Source: Prochlorococcus sp. AG-355-B18
GTDB lineage: Bacteria; Cyanobacteriota; Cyanobacteriia; PCC-6307; Cyanobiaceae
Assembly: GCA_003280965.1 (NCBI GenBank)
Contig: QCDI01000003.1
Span: 84,837 to 148,836, forward strand
Length of the DNA: 64,000 bases
Direction: 5' to 3'
Shown: positions 55,456 through 63,130 of the stretch, piece after piece
Position numbering within the stretch: position 1 is the stretch's first letter
How the letters are laid out: every line of letters starts with the position of its first letter
The notes under the pieces: generated by a model
Database searches by the model: none
The model's input: the letters and a program-made list of their open reading frames with translations, nothing else
Told to the model about the DNA's origin: nothing
Translations under genes and position numbers: made by a program

Positions 55456-56694
55456 TTGAGCCAGTTAGATTCCAATTGGTCGTTTGTTGATGACAGTAAG
55501 TTAACACCCAAGGGGTTCCTTTTTGGTGGGATATCTGCTGGATTAAAAGCTTCTAATAAAAAAGATTTAGCACTAATACTCGCTCCAGAAGGAAGTATTT
55601 TTAGTGGGATGTTTACCCAATCAATAGTTCGCGCTTCTTGTGTAGATATTTGTGAGGAAAGGATTAAAAGAACTTCAGGTTTTGTGCGAGCAATACTAAT
55701 TAATTCAGGACAAGCAAATGCATGTACAGGAAATCTTGGGATTCAACATTTTCAAATTGCTACAGGAAAGATTGCGGAACTTTTAGGTATAAAAGAAGAG
55801 GAAGTTTTAATGTGCTCAACTGGTGTAATTGGTGTCCCAATAAAAATCAATGATTTAGTAAAAAATTTATCGAATTTAGTTAATGATTTAAAGGGTAATA
55901 ATTTTCAAAATGCAGCAGAAGCAATTTTAACTACTGATTTGACTTTGAAAAAAGTTTTAATAGAGACGATTATTCAAGGTAGAAAAATAAAAATAGCAGG
56001 ATTTGCAAAAGGTTCAGGAATGATTTACCCCAATATGGCTACAATGCTTGCGTTTCTTACCTGTGATGCGGGTGTTCAAAAAGAAGAGTGGGACAAAATG
56101 ATTGCTATTGCGGTTAAAAAATCTTTTAATGCAATATCAGTTGATGGAGAGACAAGCACAAATGATTCTTTTGTTGGAATAAATGCAGGAGAGAAAATTG
56201 AAAAAAGGTTTTTCCCAATTATCCAAAAAGGGATTGATATTGTATGTCAAAAGTTGGCAAAAAGTATTGCAAGGGATGGAGAGGGAGCCAATTGTTTATT
56301 AGAAGTTTTGGTTTATGGAGCAAAAAATACTGATGATGCAATTATAATCGCGAAATCGATTTGCAATTCTGCCTTGGTAAAAACTGCGATACATGGTTGT
56401 GATCCGAATTGGGGACGAATTATTTCTGCTGCAGGTAATTCTGGAGTTAAATTCAATTTAAATAACGTTGATTTGTTTATAGGTAATGCTCAGATTTTGG
56501 AAAAAGGTAAGTTAAATAAATATGATTCACAAGAAGTCACAGACTATATTAATTCCAGAATGAAAGGTAGATATTTAGTTGATGATATTGTAAAAATTAT
56601 GATTAATCTAAATTCTGGCGAATCGAAAGGCACAGCTTGGGGATGCGATCTTTCTAAAAGGTATGTTGAAATAAATAGCGAGTATACGACTTAA
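55456..56694 (+). CDS. argJ: Ornithine acetyltransferase / N-acetylglutamate synthase
   Basis: NSGQANACTG, KGSGMIYPNMATML, DGETSTND, DPNWGRI, ends INSEYTT. Confidence 0.97.
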   Translation: MSQLDSNWSFVDDSKLTPKGFLFGGISAGLKASNKKDLALILAPEGSIFSGMFTQSIVRASCVDICEERIKRTSGFVRAILINSGQANACTGNLGIQHFQIATGKIAELLGIKEEEVLMCSTGVIGVPIKINDLVKNLSNLVNDLKGNNFQNAAEAILTTDLTLKKVLIETIIQGRKIKIAGFAKGSGMIYPNMATMLAFLTCDAGVQKEEWDKMIAIAVKKSFNAISVDGETSTNDSFVGINAGEKIEKRFFPIIQKGIDIVCQKLAKSIARDGEGANCLLEVLVYGAKNTDDAIIIAKSICNSALVKTAIHGCDPNWGRIISAAGNSGVKFNLNNVDLFIGNAQILEKGKLNKYDSQEVTDYINSRMKGRYLVDDIVKIMINLNSGESKGTAWGCDLSKRYVEINSEYTT

Positions 56695-56695
56695 G
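56671..56695 (+). repeat. attL-like direct repeat (3' end of argJ)
   Basis: ATAAATAGCGAGTATACGACTTAAG; 23/25 match at 59398-59422. Confidence 0.88.
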
Positions 56696-56847
56696 GCAAA
56701 TCCATTGTGCTGGAAGGGATTTGAAGGTTTTTGATTTTATATATCAGTTTTAAACCATATAGTTTCTACATAGTTTTTTAAAAGAATTTTTTAATTAATA
56801 ATAGAAATTTTAAAAAAGGCTACAATCAAAACAATAGAAGTATTGAA

Positions 56848-57540
56848 TTGAATAATCTCCCTTTTGATATTTTTAAGAAAATGGTTCCTAGCAGTAAGGA
56901 AGTCGTAGATAAGCATTTTTTACGTTTAAAAGAAGAATTAACATCTAATGAATTAAAAATAAATTTTTCACATTACGTTCAACTATTACACGATCAGATA
57001 TATACAGATTTTCTTAAAATTCAAAAAGATGGATTTAATAAAGCATTTTCTGATGATTTAGAGAGTGGAGAATTATCATTTGAAAAATTTGATAAATTTT
57101 TTCTAAGTCTCTCTCAGTCAAGAAGAGTGCGTTCAGGTGGTGTTTTTGAATTAATTATTGAAAATTTACTAAAGTTTTTGGAATATCCTATTGATACTCA
57201 AAAAAAGATTGATAACAAAAGAGTAGATTTTGTTCTTCCTTCAGTAGATTTTTATAAGAAAAATCCTCTTAATACCGTTTTATTATCTGCCAAAAGAACA
57301 ACCCGTGAACGTTGGAAGCAAGTTGTTCCTGAAGTCAGTCAGTCAAATCAATTCTATTTAGCAACAATAGATAAGCAAATTACAAGTGATCAGTTAAAAG
57401 AAATGGAAAAACATAGGGTATTTGTTATTAATACACTTCAAAATATTGATTCAATTGATCATTATAAAAATGCTGCAAATATGGTTTCTTTTGAGCATTT
57501 TTTAGATTTTACTTTGGATCATCAAAAGAGAACTTGGTAG
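56848..57540 (+). CDS. Type II restriction endonuclease, EcoRII C-terminal/PspGI/SsoII-like catalytic domain
   Basis: SRRVRSGGVFE, RVDFVLPS, SAKRTTRERWKQV resemble the CCGG-family catalytic motifs; adjacent to a C5 MTase. Confidence 0.82.
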   Translation: MNNLPFDIFKKMVPSSKEVVDKHFLRLKEELTSNELKINFSHYVQLLHDQIYTDFLKIQKDGFNKAFSDDLESGELSFEKFDKFFLSLSQSRRVRSGGVFELIIENLLKFLEYPIDTQKKIDNKRVDFVLPSVDFYKKNPLNTVLLSAKRTTRERWKQVVPEVSQSNQFYLATIDKQITSDQLKEMEKHRVFVINTLQNIDSIDHYKNAANMVSFEHFLDFTLDHQKRTW

Positions 57541-57643
57541 AATTTACCTTTATTTGAATTTAAAAATTTGCATTATGTAATTCAATAAAGACAAAAAGGG
57601 AAAAACTGATATCGTTTAAATATATTTAAAAATAGTGCCCTAG

Positions 57644-58852
57644 ATGGATATATTATTACGGGATTTAAATCCAGAAGATATTGAGTGGATAAAGAAAAAA
57701 ACACAGAATGCTACTTCACAAAATAAATTTATAAAGTCATTAATATCTGAAGCAAGAATTAAAGAAAAACTTCAATTAGTAAGAAACTCTGAGAAAAAAA
57801 ATTCATACCAAGATTCAAATACTCCTTTTAGTTTTATTGACTTATTTGCTGGAATTGGTGGATTTAGAAGCGCTCTAACTTTTCTTGGTGGTAAATGTGT
57901 TTTTACAAACGAGTGGAATAAATATGCAATAACTACTTATAAAAATTGGTATGGAGATGAAGAATCTACCAATGATCATGATATTAGAAACTTTAATCAT
58001 TCATTAATTCCTAATCATGATGTTTTATGTGCCGGATTTCCTTGCCAACCTTTTTCTTTAGCAGGTGTGTCTAAGAAAAATTCTCTTGGTAGAAAACATG
58101 GTTTTGAAGACGTTGATCAGGGAAATTTGTTTGATTGCATTATGAGTATTGTTGATGTAAAAAGACCACCAATTCTTTTTTTAGAGAATGTCAAAAATTT
58201 AAAATCACATGATAAAGGAAATACATGGAAGCATATACATAACGAAATCTCTTCTAGGGGTTATGAGATTTTTTCGAAAGTTATTGATGCTAGTAATTGG
58301 GTTCCTCAGCATAGAGAAAGGATTTTTATAGTTTGTTTTGATAAGTCTATTTTTTGCAAAGATAGGAAAGTTAATTTTCAGTTTCCAGAATTTCCTACAA
58401 CAAGAGAATATTCTTTATCAAGTTTTCTTGAAAAAAATCCTGACAAAAAATATATGCTTTCAGATAAGTTATGGAATTATCTTCAGAATTATGCTGAAAA
58501 ACATAGAAGAAAAGGAAATGGTTTTGGATATGGATTGGTAGGTAATGATGGCAAAACTAGAACCATGAGTGCAAGATATTACAAAGATGGTGCTGAAATA
58601 TTAATTGAACAAGATGGTTGGAGGAATCCAAGGAGATTAACTCCAAATGAAGCAAAATATTTAATGGGTTTTCATGATAAATATGCAAAATGTTTTGGTC
58701 ATATGAATGGATTCCCACAAGTTGTTTCAGATACACAATCTTATAAGCAATTCGGAAATTCAGTAGTTCCAATTGTCGTTGAAAAAATTATGATTCAGAT
58801 AATTGCAGAAATTAATTCTTATCGACAAGATTTAAACTTTAAGGCTGCTTAA
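57644..58852 (+). CDS. dcm: DNA (cytosine-5)-methyltransferase, Dcm/M.EcoRII/M.SsoII-like
   Basis: DLFAGIGG, GFPCQPFS, ENV, QHRER, KGNGFGYGLV, SARYYKDG, KQFGNSV. Confidence 0.92.
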   Translation: MDILLRDLNPEDIEWIKKKTQNATSQNKFIKSLISEARIKEKLQLVRNSEKKNSYQDSNTPFSFIDLFAGIGGFRSALTFLGGKCVFTNEWNKYAITTYKNWYGDEESTNDHDIRNFNHSLIPNHDVLCAGFPCQPFSLAGVSKKNSLGRKHGFEDVDQGNLFDCIMSIVDVKRPPILFLENVKNLKSHDKGNTWKHIHNEISSRGYEIFSKVIDASNWVPQHRERIFIVCFDKSIFCKDRKVNFQFPEFPTTREYSLSSFLEKNPDKKYMLSDKLWNYLQNYAEKHRRKGNGFGYGLVGNDGKTRTMSARYYKDGAEILIEQDGWRNPRRLTPNEAKYLMGFHDKYAKCFGHMNGFPQVVSDTQSYKQFGNSVVPIVVEKIMIQIIAEINSYRQDLNFKAA

Positions 58853-58858
58853 AGACTT

Positions 58859-59266
58859 ATGGATGTTCATAATCCAAAAGTTAGAAGTTTTAATATGTCT
58901 CAAATTAAATCGAAGGGAACGAAACCTGAATTAATAGTGCGTAAATTATGTTTTTCAAAAGGTCTAAGATATCGATTAAACAAAAAGATTTTTAATATCT
59001 CAGCAGATTTAATTTTTCCTAAATATAAATCTGTTATTTTTGTTCACGGTTGTTTTTGGCACAGTCATGATTGTAAATATGGGCGCGTGAAACCTAAATC
59101 AAATGCAGAATTTTGGAATAAAAAAAGAGGAGATACTTGCATTAGAGATCAACGAAATCAAAACAAATTGATAGAAAATGATTGGAAATACTTGATTATT
59201 TGGGAATGTGAACTCAAAAATTTAGAAAATGTTTCTTTTAAAGTTAATAAATTCTTTGATTTATAA
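58859..59266 (+). CDS. vsr: Very short patch repair endonuclease
   Basis: MDVH...RSFNMSQI...TKPE, FVHGCFWH, IWEC. Confidence 0.93.
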   Translation: MDVHNPKVRSFNMSQIKSKGTKPELIVRKLCFSKGLRYRLNKKIFNISADLIFPKYKSVIFVHGCFWHSHDCKYGRVKPKSNAEFWNKKRGDTCIRDQRNQNKLIENDWKYLIIWECELKNLENVSFKVNKFFDL

Positions 59267-59345
59267 ACCACTAATAAACCGGTAGTGTAGTTATATCAAT
59301 CGTTTTGAGAGATAAAAATTTAAATAAACCACCAATAAACCACTA
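59263..59345 (+). repeat. Two pairs of 11-bp tandem repeats (ATAAACCACTA consensus), putative integrase arm-type sites
   Basis: ATAAACCACTA 59263, ATAAACCGGTA 59274, ATAAACCACCA 59324, ATAAACCACTA 59335; pairs 61 bp apart. Confidence 0.8.
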
Positions 59346-59397
59346 ATTTAATCTTTGAGATCCGTTGCTATGACTGACTTTTATACTGTATGTTTTT

Positions 59398-59422
59398 ATA
59401 AATAGCGAATATACTACTTAAG
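59398..59422 (+). repeat. attR-like direct repeat (duplicate of argJ 3' end)
   Basis: ATAAATAGCGAATATACTACTTAAG encodes INSEYTT*; both mismatches to the left copy are synonymous. Confidence 0.88.
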
Positions 59423-59656
59423 TTTTAGTAAATCTATTGGTAGATATTCATTTATATAAAGAAATAGTATTGTTAAAGTTCCAATTACAGAACCTATAAA
59501 ACCTCCGAAAAAATTAACTAATAATCCAGATTGTTTAATTATTGGTTTTTCGTTTTTTTCTTCTTCAAAATTAGGAGAATCAACTACTTTTAAGCGCTGA
59601 TTGGTTGTTGGTTGTTTAAGTTGTTGATGTCGGATGAGTGCTTCGAAATCAGGCAT
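59414..59656 (-). CDS. Small hypothetical protein with C-terminal TM helix, overlapping the parA-like gene
   Basis: 80 aa from ATG 59656 (ORF track 59680); hydrophobic FFGGFIGSVIGTLTILFLYI. Confidence 0.65.
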   Translation of the reverse strand: MPDFEALIRHQQLKQPTTNQRLKVVDSPNFEEEKNEKPIIKQSGLLVNFFGGFIGSVIGTLTILFLYINEYLPIDLLKLK

Positions 59657-60261
59657 GGAATTTGTGAGGCAATTGAACAATAAGCAGACCAGCCCGTCAT
59701 TCGACGAGGATCTGATCTACCTAAATCGTCTACAGCTTCAAATACAGCATTTCCAGAGGCTTCTGCTTTATCAAATGCTGAAAGTAAGGGTATAAATTTA
59801 TCAAAAACATGTAAACCAAAATTTTCTAGAGCTGCTTTGGCTTGTTGCGCTGCTTTTTGCTGTCTAAAATCAACTTTTACTATTACTACTGCATGGTTTA
59901 CTTTTAAGTTTCTTAATAAATTAGCTAGTTCAACTGTTAGTTCTACTGATCTTGCTTTTGCAGTGGTAGGTAAGATAACTAAATCTGAACCATACGCTAA
60001 GTGTTTAAGTTCTTCTTGATCACTGCTAGCTTGTCCATCAGTTATAACTATTTCTGATGATCTTGATGCTTTAGCAGCTGAACTGACGGGGAAAACTGGA
60101 AATGGAAGATTTCCTCTTGATGCATATGCTAATGCAGATCTATTCTTGTCAGCATCGACTATGCAAACTTTTTTACCTTCAGAATGCCAAACACTAGCAA
60201 GGTGAATACTTGTGCAGGTCTTGGCAACCCCACCCTTTTGTCCGCAAACGGTAATGAACAA
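59590..60261 (-). CDS. ParA/MinD-family ATPase (short, plasmid type Ib-like)
   Basis: GQKGGVAKT deviant Walker A, IVDAD, ITDG, SDLVILPT. Confidence 0.85.
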   Translation of the reverse strand: MFITVCGQKGGVAKTCTSIHLASVWHSEGKKVCIVDADKNRSALAYASRGNLPFPVFPVSSAAKASRSSEIVITDGQASSDQEELKHLAYGSDLVILPTTAKARSVELTVELANLLRNLKVNHAVVIVKVDFRQQKAAQQAKAALENFGLHVFDKFIPLLSAFDKAEASGNAVFEAVDDLGRSDPRRMTGWSAYCSIASQIPCLISKHSSDINNLNNQQPISA

Positions 60262-60391
60262 TTTTTTATTTTTATTTATCTTACTTTGGAGAATAATTTC
60301 TTAATGTCAAGAGATTTTGATTATTAATGCTTTAAAACTTATTTTTTGAAATATTTTAAATAGGTCAATATTTTTAGATAACCTTAATTAA

Positions 60392-61375
60392 GTGCTTAAT
60401 TTAAATAGGCCAGTGAAAAAAAGAATTGGATTAGGTACTTGGTCCTGGGGTAATAAGCTTTTTTGGAATTATAAATCCTTAAATGACGATGATTTACGTG
60501 AGACATATAATGAAGCTTTACGAAGAGGTTTCGATCTAATTGATACTGCAGACTCTTACGGTACTGGGAATTTGCAGGGTAGAAGTGAATTATTGATAGG
60601 CAAATTTTTACTAAATACTCCTTCAGCAAAGAAAAATAGAATTCAAGTAGCAACCAAACTTGCACCTTATCCTTGGAGAGTTGGTGACAGAGGTTTTAAT
60701 AAACCTTTTTTGAAAAGTTTAGAACGGCTTAATAACAAATTAGATATAGTGCAACTACATTGGTCAACTGCAAATTACAATCCTTGGCAGGAATTAGGCC
60801 TTTTGAACAATCTTTGCGATTTAAAAGACCAAGGCTTTGATTTTCAAATTGGGTTATCAAATATTGGCCCAAAAAGATTGACGAAATTAATTAATTACTT
60901 GGCCAAAAGAAATCAGAGCATAAAAAGTGTTCAGATACAGTTTTCTTTGCTTGCTCCTGATTTAGGGAAACAATATCAGGTAAAAAAAATTTGCGAAGCA
61001 AATAATATAGAATTCTTTGCCTATAGTCCTTTGTCTTTTGGAATACTTTGTATTGATCCAGATAAAGAAGAAAATAAAGAAAAAAGTTTTATTCGTAATG
61101 CTTTGTTTGAAAACTATAAAAAACCAACACATGAATTGCGGAGGTGTCTAAAAAGAATTGCGAATCAAAGATCAGTTTCCCAAGCGCAAGTTGCAATTAA
61201 TTGGTGTTGTTATCAAGGTACGGTTCCACTTGTTGGAATGCGGAACAAATCTCAAGTTATTGATGTATCGAATGTATTCAAGTGGAATTTAAATAAAGAG
61301 GAATTTAAATTACTTCAGGAAGTTTCTAAAAGTTGTTTAAAAAAAATGCCAAAAAATCCTTTTTCGAGTACTTAA
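60392..61375 (+). CDS. Aldo/keto reductase family protein
   Basis: IGLGTWSWG, DTADSYG, ATK, QLHW, AYSPL, QVAINW; true start may be slightly downstream. Confidence 0.9.
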   Translation: MLNLNRPVKKRIGLGTWSWGNKLFWNYKSLNDDDLRETYNEALRRGFDLIDTADSYGTGNLQGRSELLIGKFLLNTPSAKKNRIQVATKLAPYPWRVGDRGFNKPFLKSLERLNNKLDIVQLHWSTANYNPWQELGLLNNLCDLKDQGFDFQIGLSNIGPKRLTKLINYLAKRNQSIKSVQIQFSLLAPDLGKQYQVKKICEANNIEFFAYSPLSFGILCIDPDKEENKEKSFIRNALFENYKKPTHELRRCLKRIANQRSVSQAQVAINWCCYQGTVPLVGMRNKSQVIDVSNVFKWNLNKEEFKLLQEVSKSCLKKMPKNPFSST

Positions 61376-61383
61376 TAAAATTT

Positions 61384-61521
61384 TTAGGTAGATATCTTCT
61401 TATTTTTTTTTATTTCACAACTACTATTCCATAGTTCAGTAGGAAATTTTTCACCGGTGAATCTAATAACTTTAGGTTTGAAGTTTATTAAAAAGTCATT
61501 TAGGTTTTTATTAGGTTCCAT
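61384..61521 (-). CDS. Possible small protein (45 aa), below ORF-track cutoff
   Basis: MEPNKNLNDFLINFKPKVIRFTGEKFPTELWNSSCEIKKNKKIST*; fills an otherwise empty gap. Confidence 0.35.
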   Translation of the reverse strand: MEPNKNLNDFLINFKPKVIRFTGEKFPTELWNSSCEIKKNKKIST

Positions 61522-61683
61522 TTTAAAGGATTAGAGTTTTTAATAAGATAAATTAATTTAAAACTAATCTTCTCAGTATTTATACTTATAAAATTAAAAA
61601 AATTCTTTTTAATACATGCAATTGCAGCAATATTTACAAAATAATAAATTATCTAATACAACTTCTTAGTTATTTAAAAAAGT

Positions 61684-61945
61684 AGAGTCCTTCCAGACTC
61701 CGCGTATCATTTGGTTGATAAGGCTGATATGACCCCATCTCCTTTAAGGATCAAGCAGCAACTGGTGCTGTTTGACGGGAGAAACTAACGATTTTGTTAG
61801 CGTTTGTGTTTTTGCTCTAACCGAGCAGGCTTCAGTCACCTTCCTTATGCCCCGTCGAAACCATTGCAACCCCAATAAGTGGAGTTGAGCGGAGTCGAAC
61901 CGCTGTCCGAAACATCGGTTGAGATCACCTAGTCCAATTGGACAT
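61684..61945 (-). ncRNA. ssrA: tmRNA, circularly permuted two-piece form
   Basis: On - strand: T-arm/acceptor GGTTCGACTCCGCTCAACTCCA (ends 61880), short spacer, then GGGGTTGCAATGGTTTCGAC (from 61873); tag ORF ANKIVSFSRQTAPVAA* at 61801-61751; outer ends approximate. Confidence 0.93.
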
Positions 61946-62004
61946 TTATATTCTGACAGGCAAAATGAGTATTGAATAGTTTTTTTATTAAGTTTTTATC
62001 GTAT

Positions 62005-63129
62005 ATGAATGTAGTTGCATCATCTCCAGAGGGACTTGAGAAATATTTAGCCGAAGAAATTGCAAATTTAGGTGGGTTTAATATTAATACTTATAAAAGA
62101 TTTATTAATTTTGAATGTGATTATGAAACTTTTTATAGAGTTCATTTTTACTCTAGACTGGCTTTTCGTTTTTATAGAGAAATTGCAAGTTTTAATTGCT
62201 ATGACAAACAATCTTTATATGAGGGGGTTAGAGACTCATTTGATTGGATAGGTTGGTTACGCTATGAAAAAACATTTAATGTTCAAGTAACTGGTAAAAC
62301 ATCTTCTTTAAGTCATACGCATTTTACCGCTCTTGAAGTTAAAAATTCTATAATCGATTTGCAAAAGGCAGTTTGGAATAAAAGATCAAATATTTCTTTA
62401 GATAATCCTGATTTCATAATTCATCTTCATTTAAATAATAATAAAGCAATTATAAGTCTCCAAAGTAGTGTGGAAAGTTTACATAAACGAGGCTATAGGC
62501 CAGCAGTTGGAAATGCACCATTAAAAGAAAATTTAGCTTCTGGATTGATAAATATGACTCAATGGAATGGCAAAGTCCCTTTAATTGATATTATGTGCGG
62601 CTCGGGAACTTTTTTAATTGAGGCAGTTCACCAATTGCTTGAAGTTCCTATAAATACTGATCAAGTATATCTTTTTGAAAATTGGTTGGACTTTAAGAAA
62701 GATATTTATCTTAATGAAAAAAATAAAGCGATAAATAAAATTATAAATTATGAAAAATTACCAAAAATTATAGGTTGCGAAATTAATAGAAAGGTTTTTG
62801 AGCAGGCTAAATCAAACATATCATTGGCAGGGCTCGAAAATTATATTGAACTTATAAATAATGATTTTTTGGAACTCCAATTAAAATTTACACCTGGGAT
62901 AATTATATGTAATCCTCCTTATGGCAAAAAATTAGGCGATGAAAATGAATTAATTCATCTATATGAACAAATGGGAATCTTCCTAAAGAATAACTTTTCA
63001 GGTTGGGAATTTTGGCTGCTAAGTGGAAATCCAAAACTAACAAAATATTTGAAAATGAAATCTTCATTGAAAATTCCTGTTAGTAATGGAGGGATTGATT
63101 GCAGATGGATAAAATATTTTATAAGATAA
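62005..63129 (+). CDS. THUMP-domain RNA methyltransferase (RlmL/YpsC-like)
   Basis: SLHKRGYR, APLKENLA, MCGSGT, NPPYG; start at ATG 62005. Confidence 0.9.
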   Translation: MNVVASSPEGLEKYLAEEIANLGGFNINTYKRFINFECDYETFYRVHFYSRLAFRFYREIASFNCYDKQSLYEGVRDSFDWIGWLRYEKTFNVQVTGKTSSLSHTHFTALEVKNSIIDLQKAVWNKRSNISLDNPDFIIHLHLNNNKAIISLQSSVESLHKRGYRPAVGNAPLKENLASGLINMTQWNGKVPLIDIMCGSGTFLIEAVHQLLEVPINTDQVYLFENWLDFKKDIYLNEKNKAINKIINYEKLPKIIGCEINRKVFEQAKSNISLAGLENYIELINNDFLELQLKFTPGIIICNPPYGKKLGDENELIHLYEQMGIFLKNNFSGWEFWLLSGNPKLTKYLKMKSSLKIPVSNGGIDCRWIKYFIR

Positions 63130-63130
63130 T

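Larger units (their letters stand above)
56696..59422. mobile_element. 2.73-kb island integrated at the argJ 3' end carrying a Type II RM system plus vsr (no integrase)
   Basis: Duplicated argJ terminus at offset 2727; 11-bp tandem repeat pairs near the right end; RM cargo. Confidence 0.85.
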
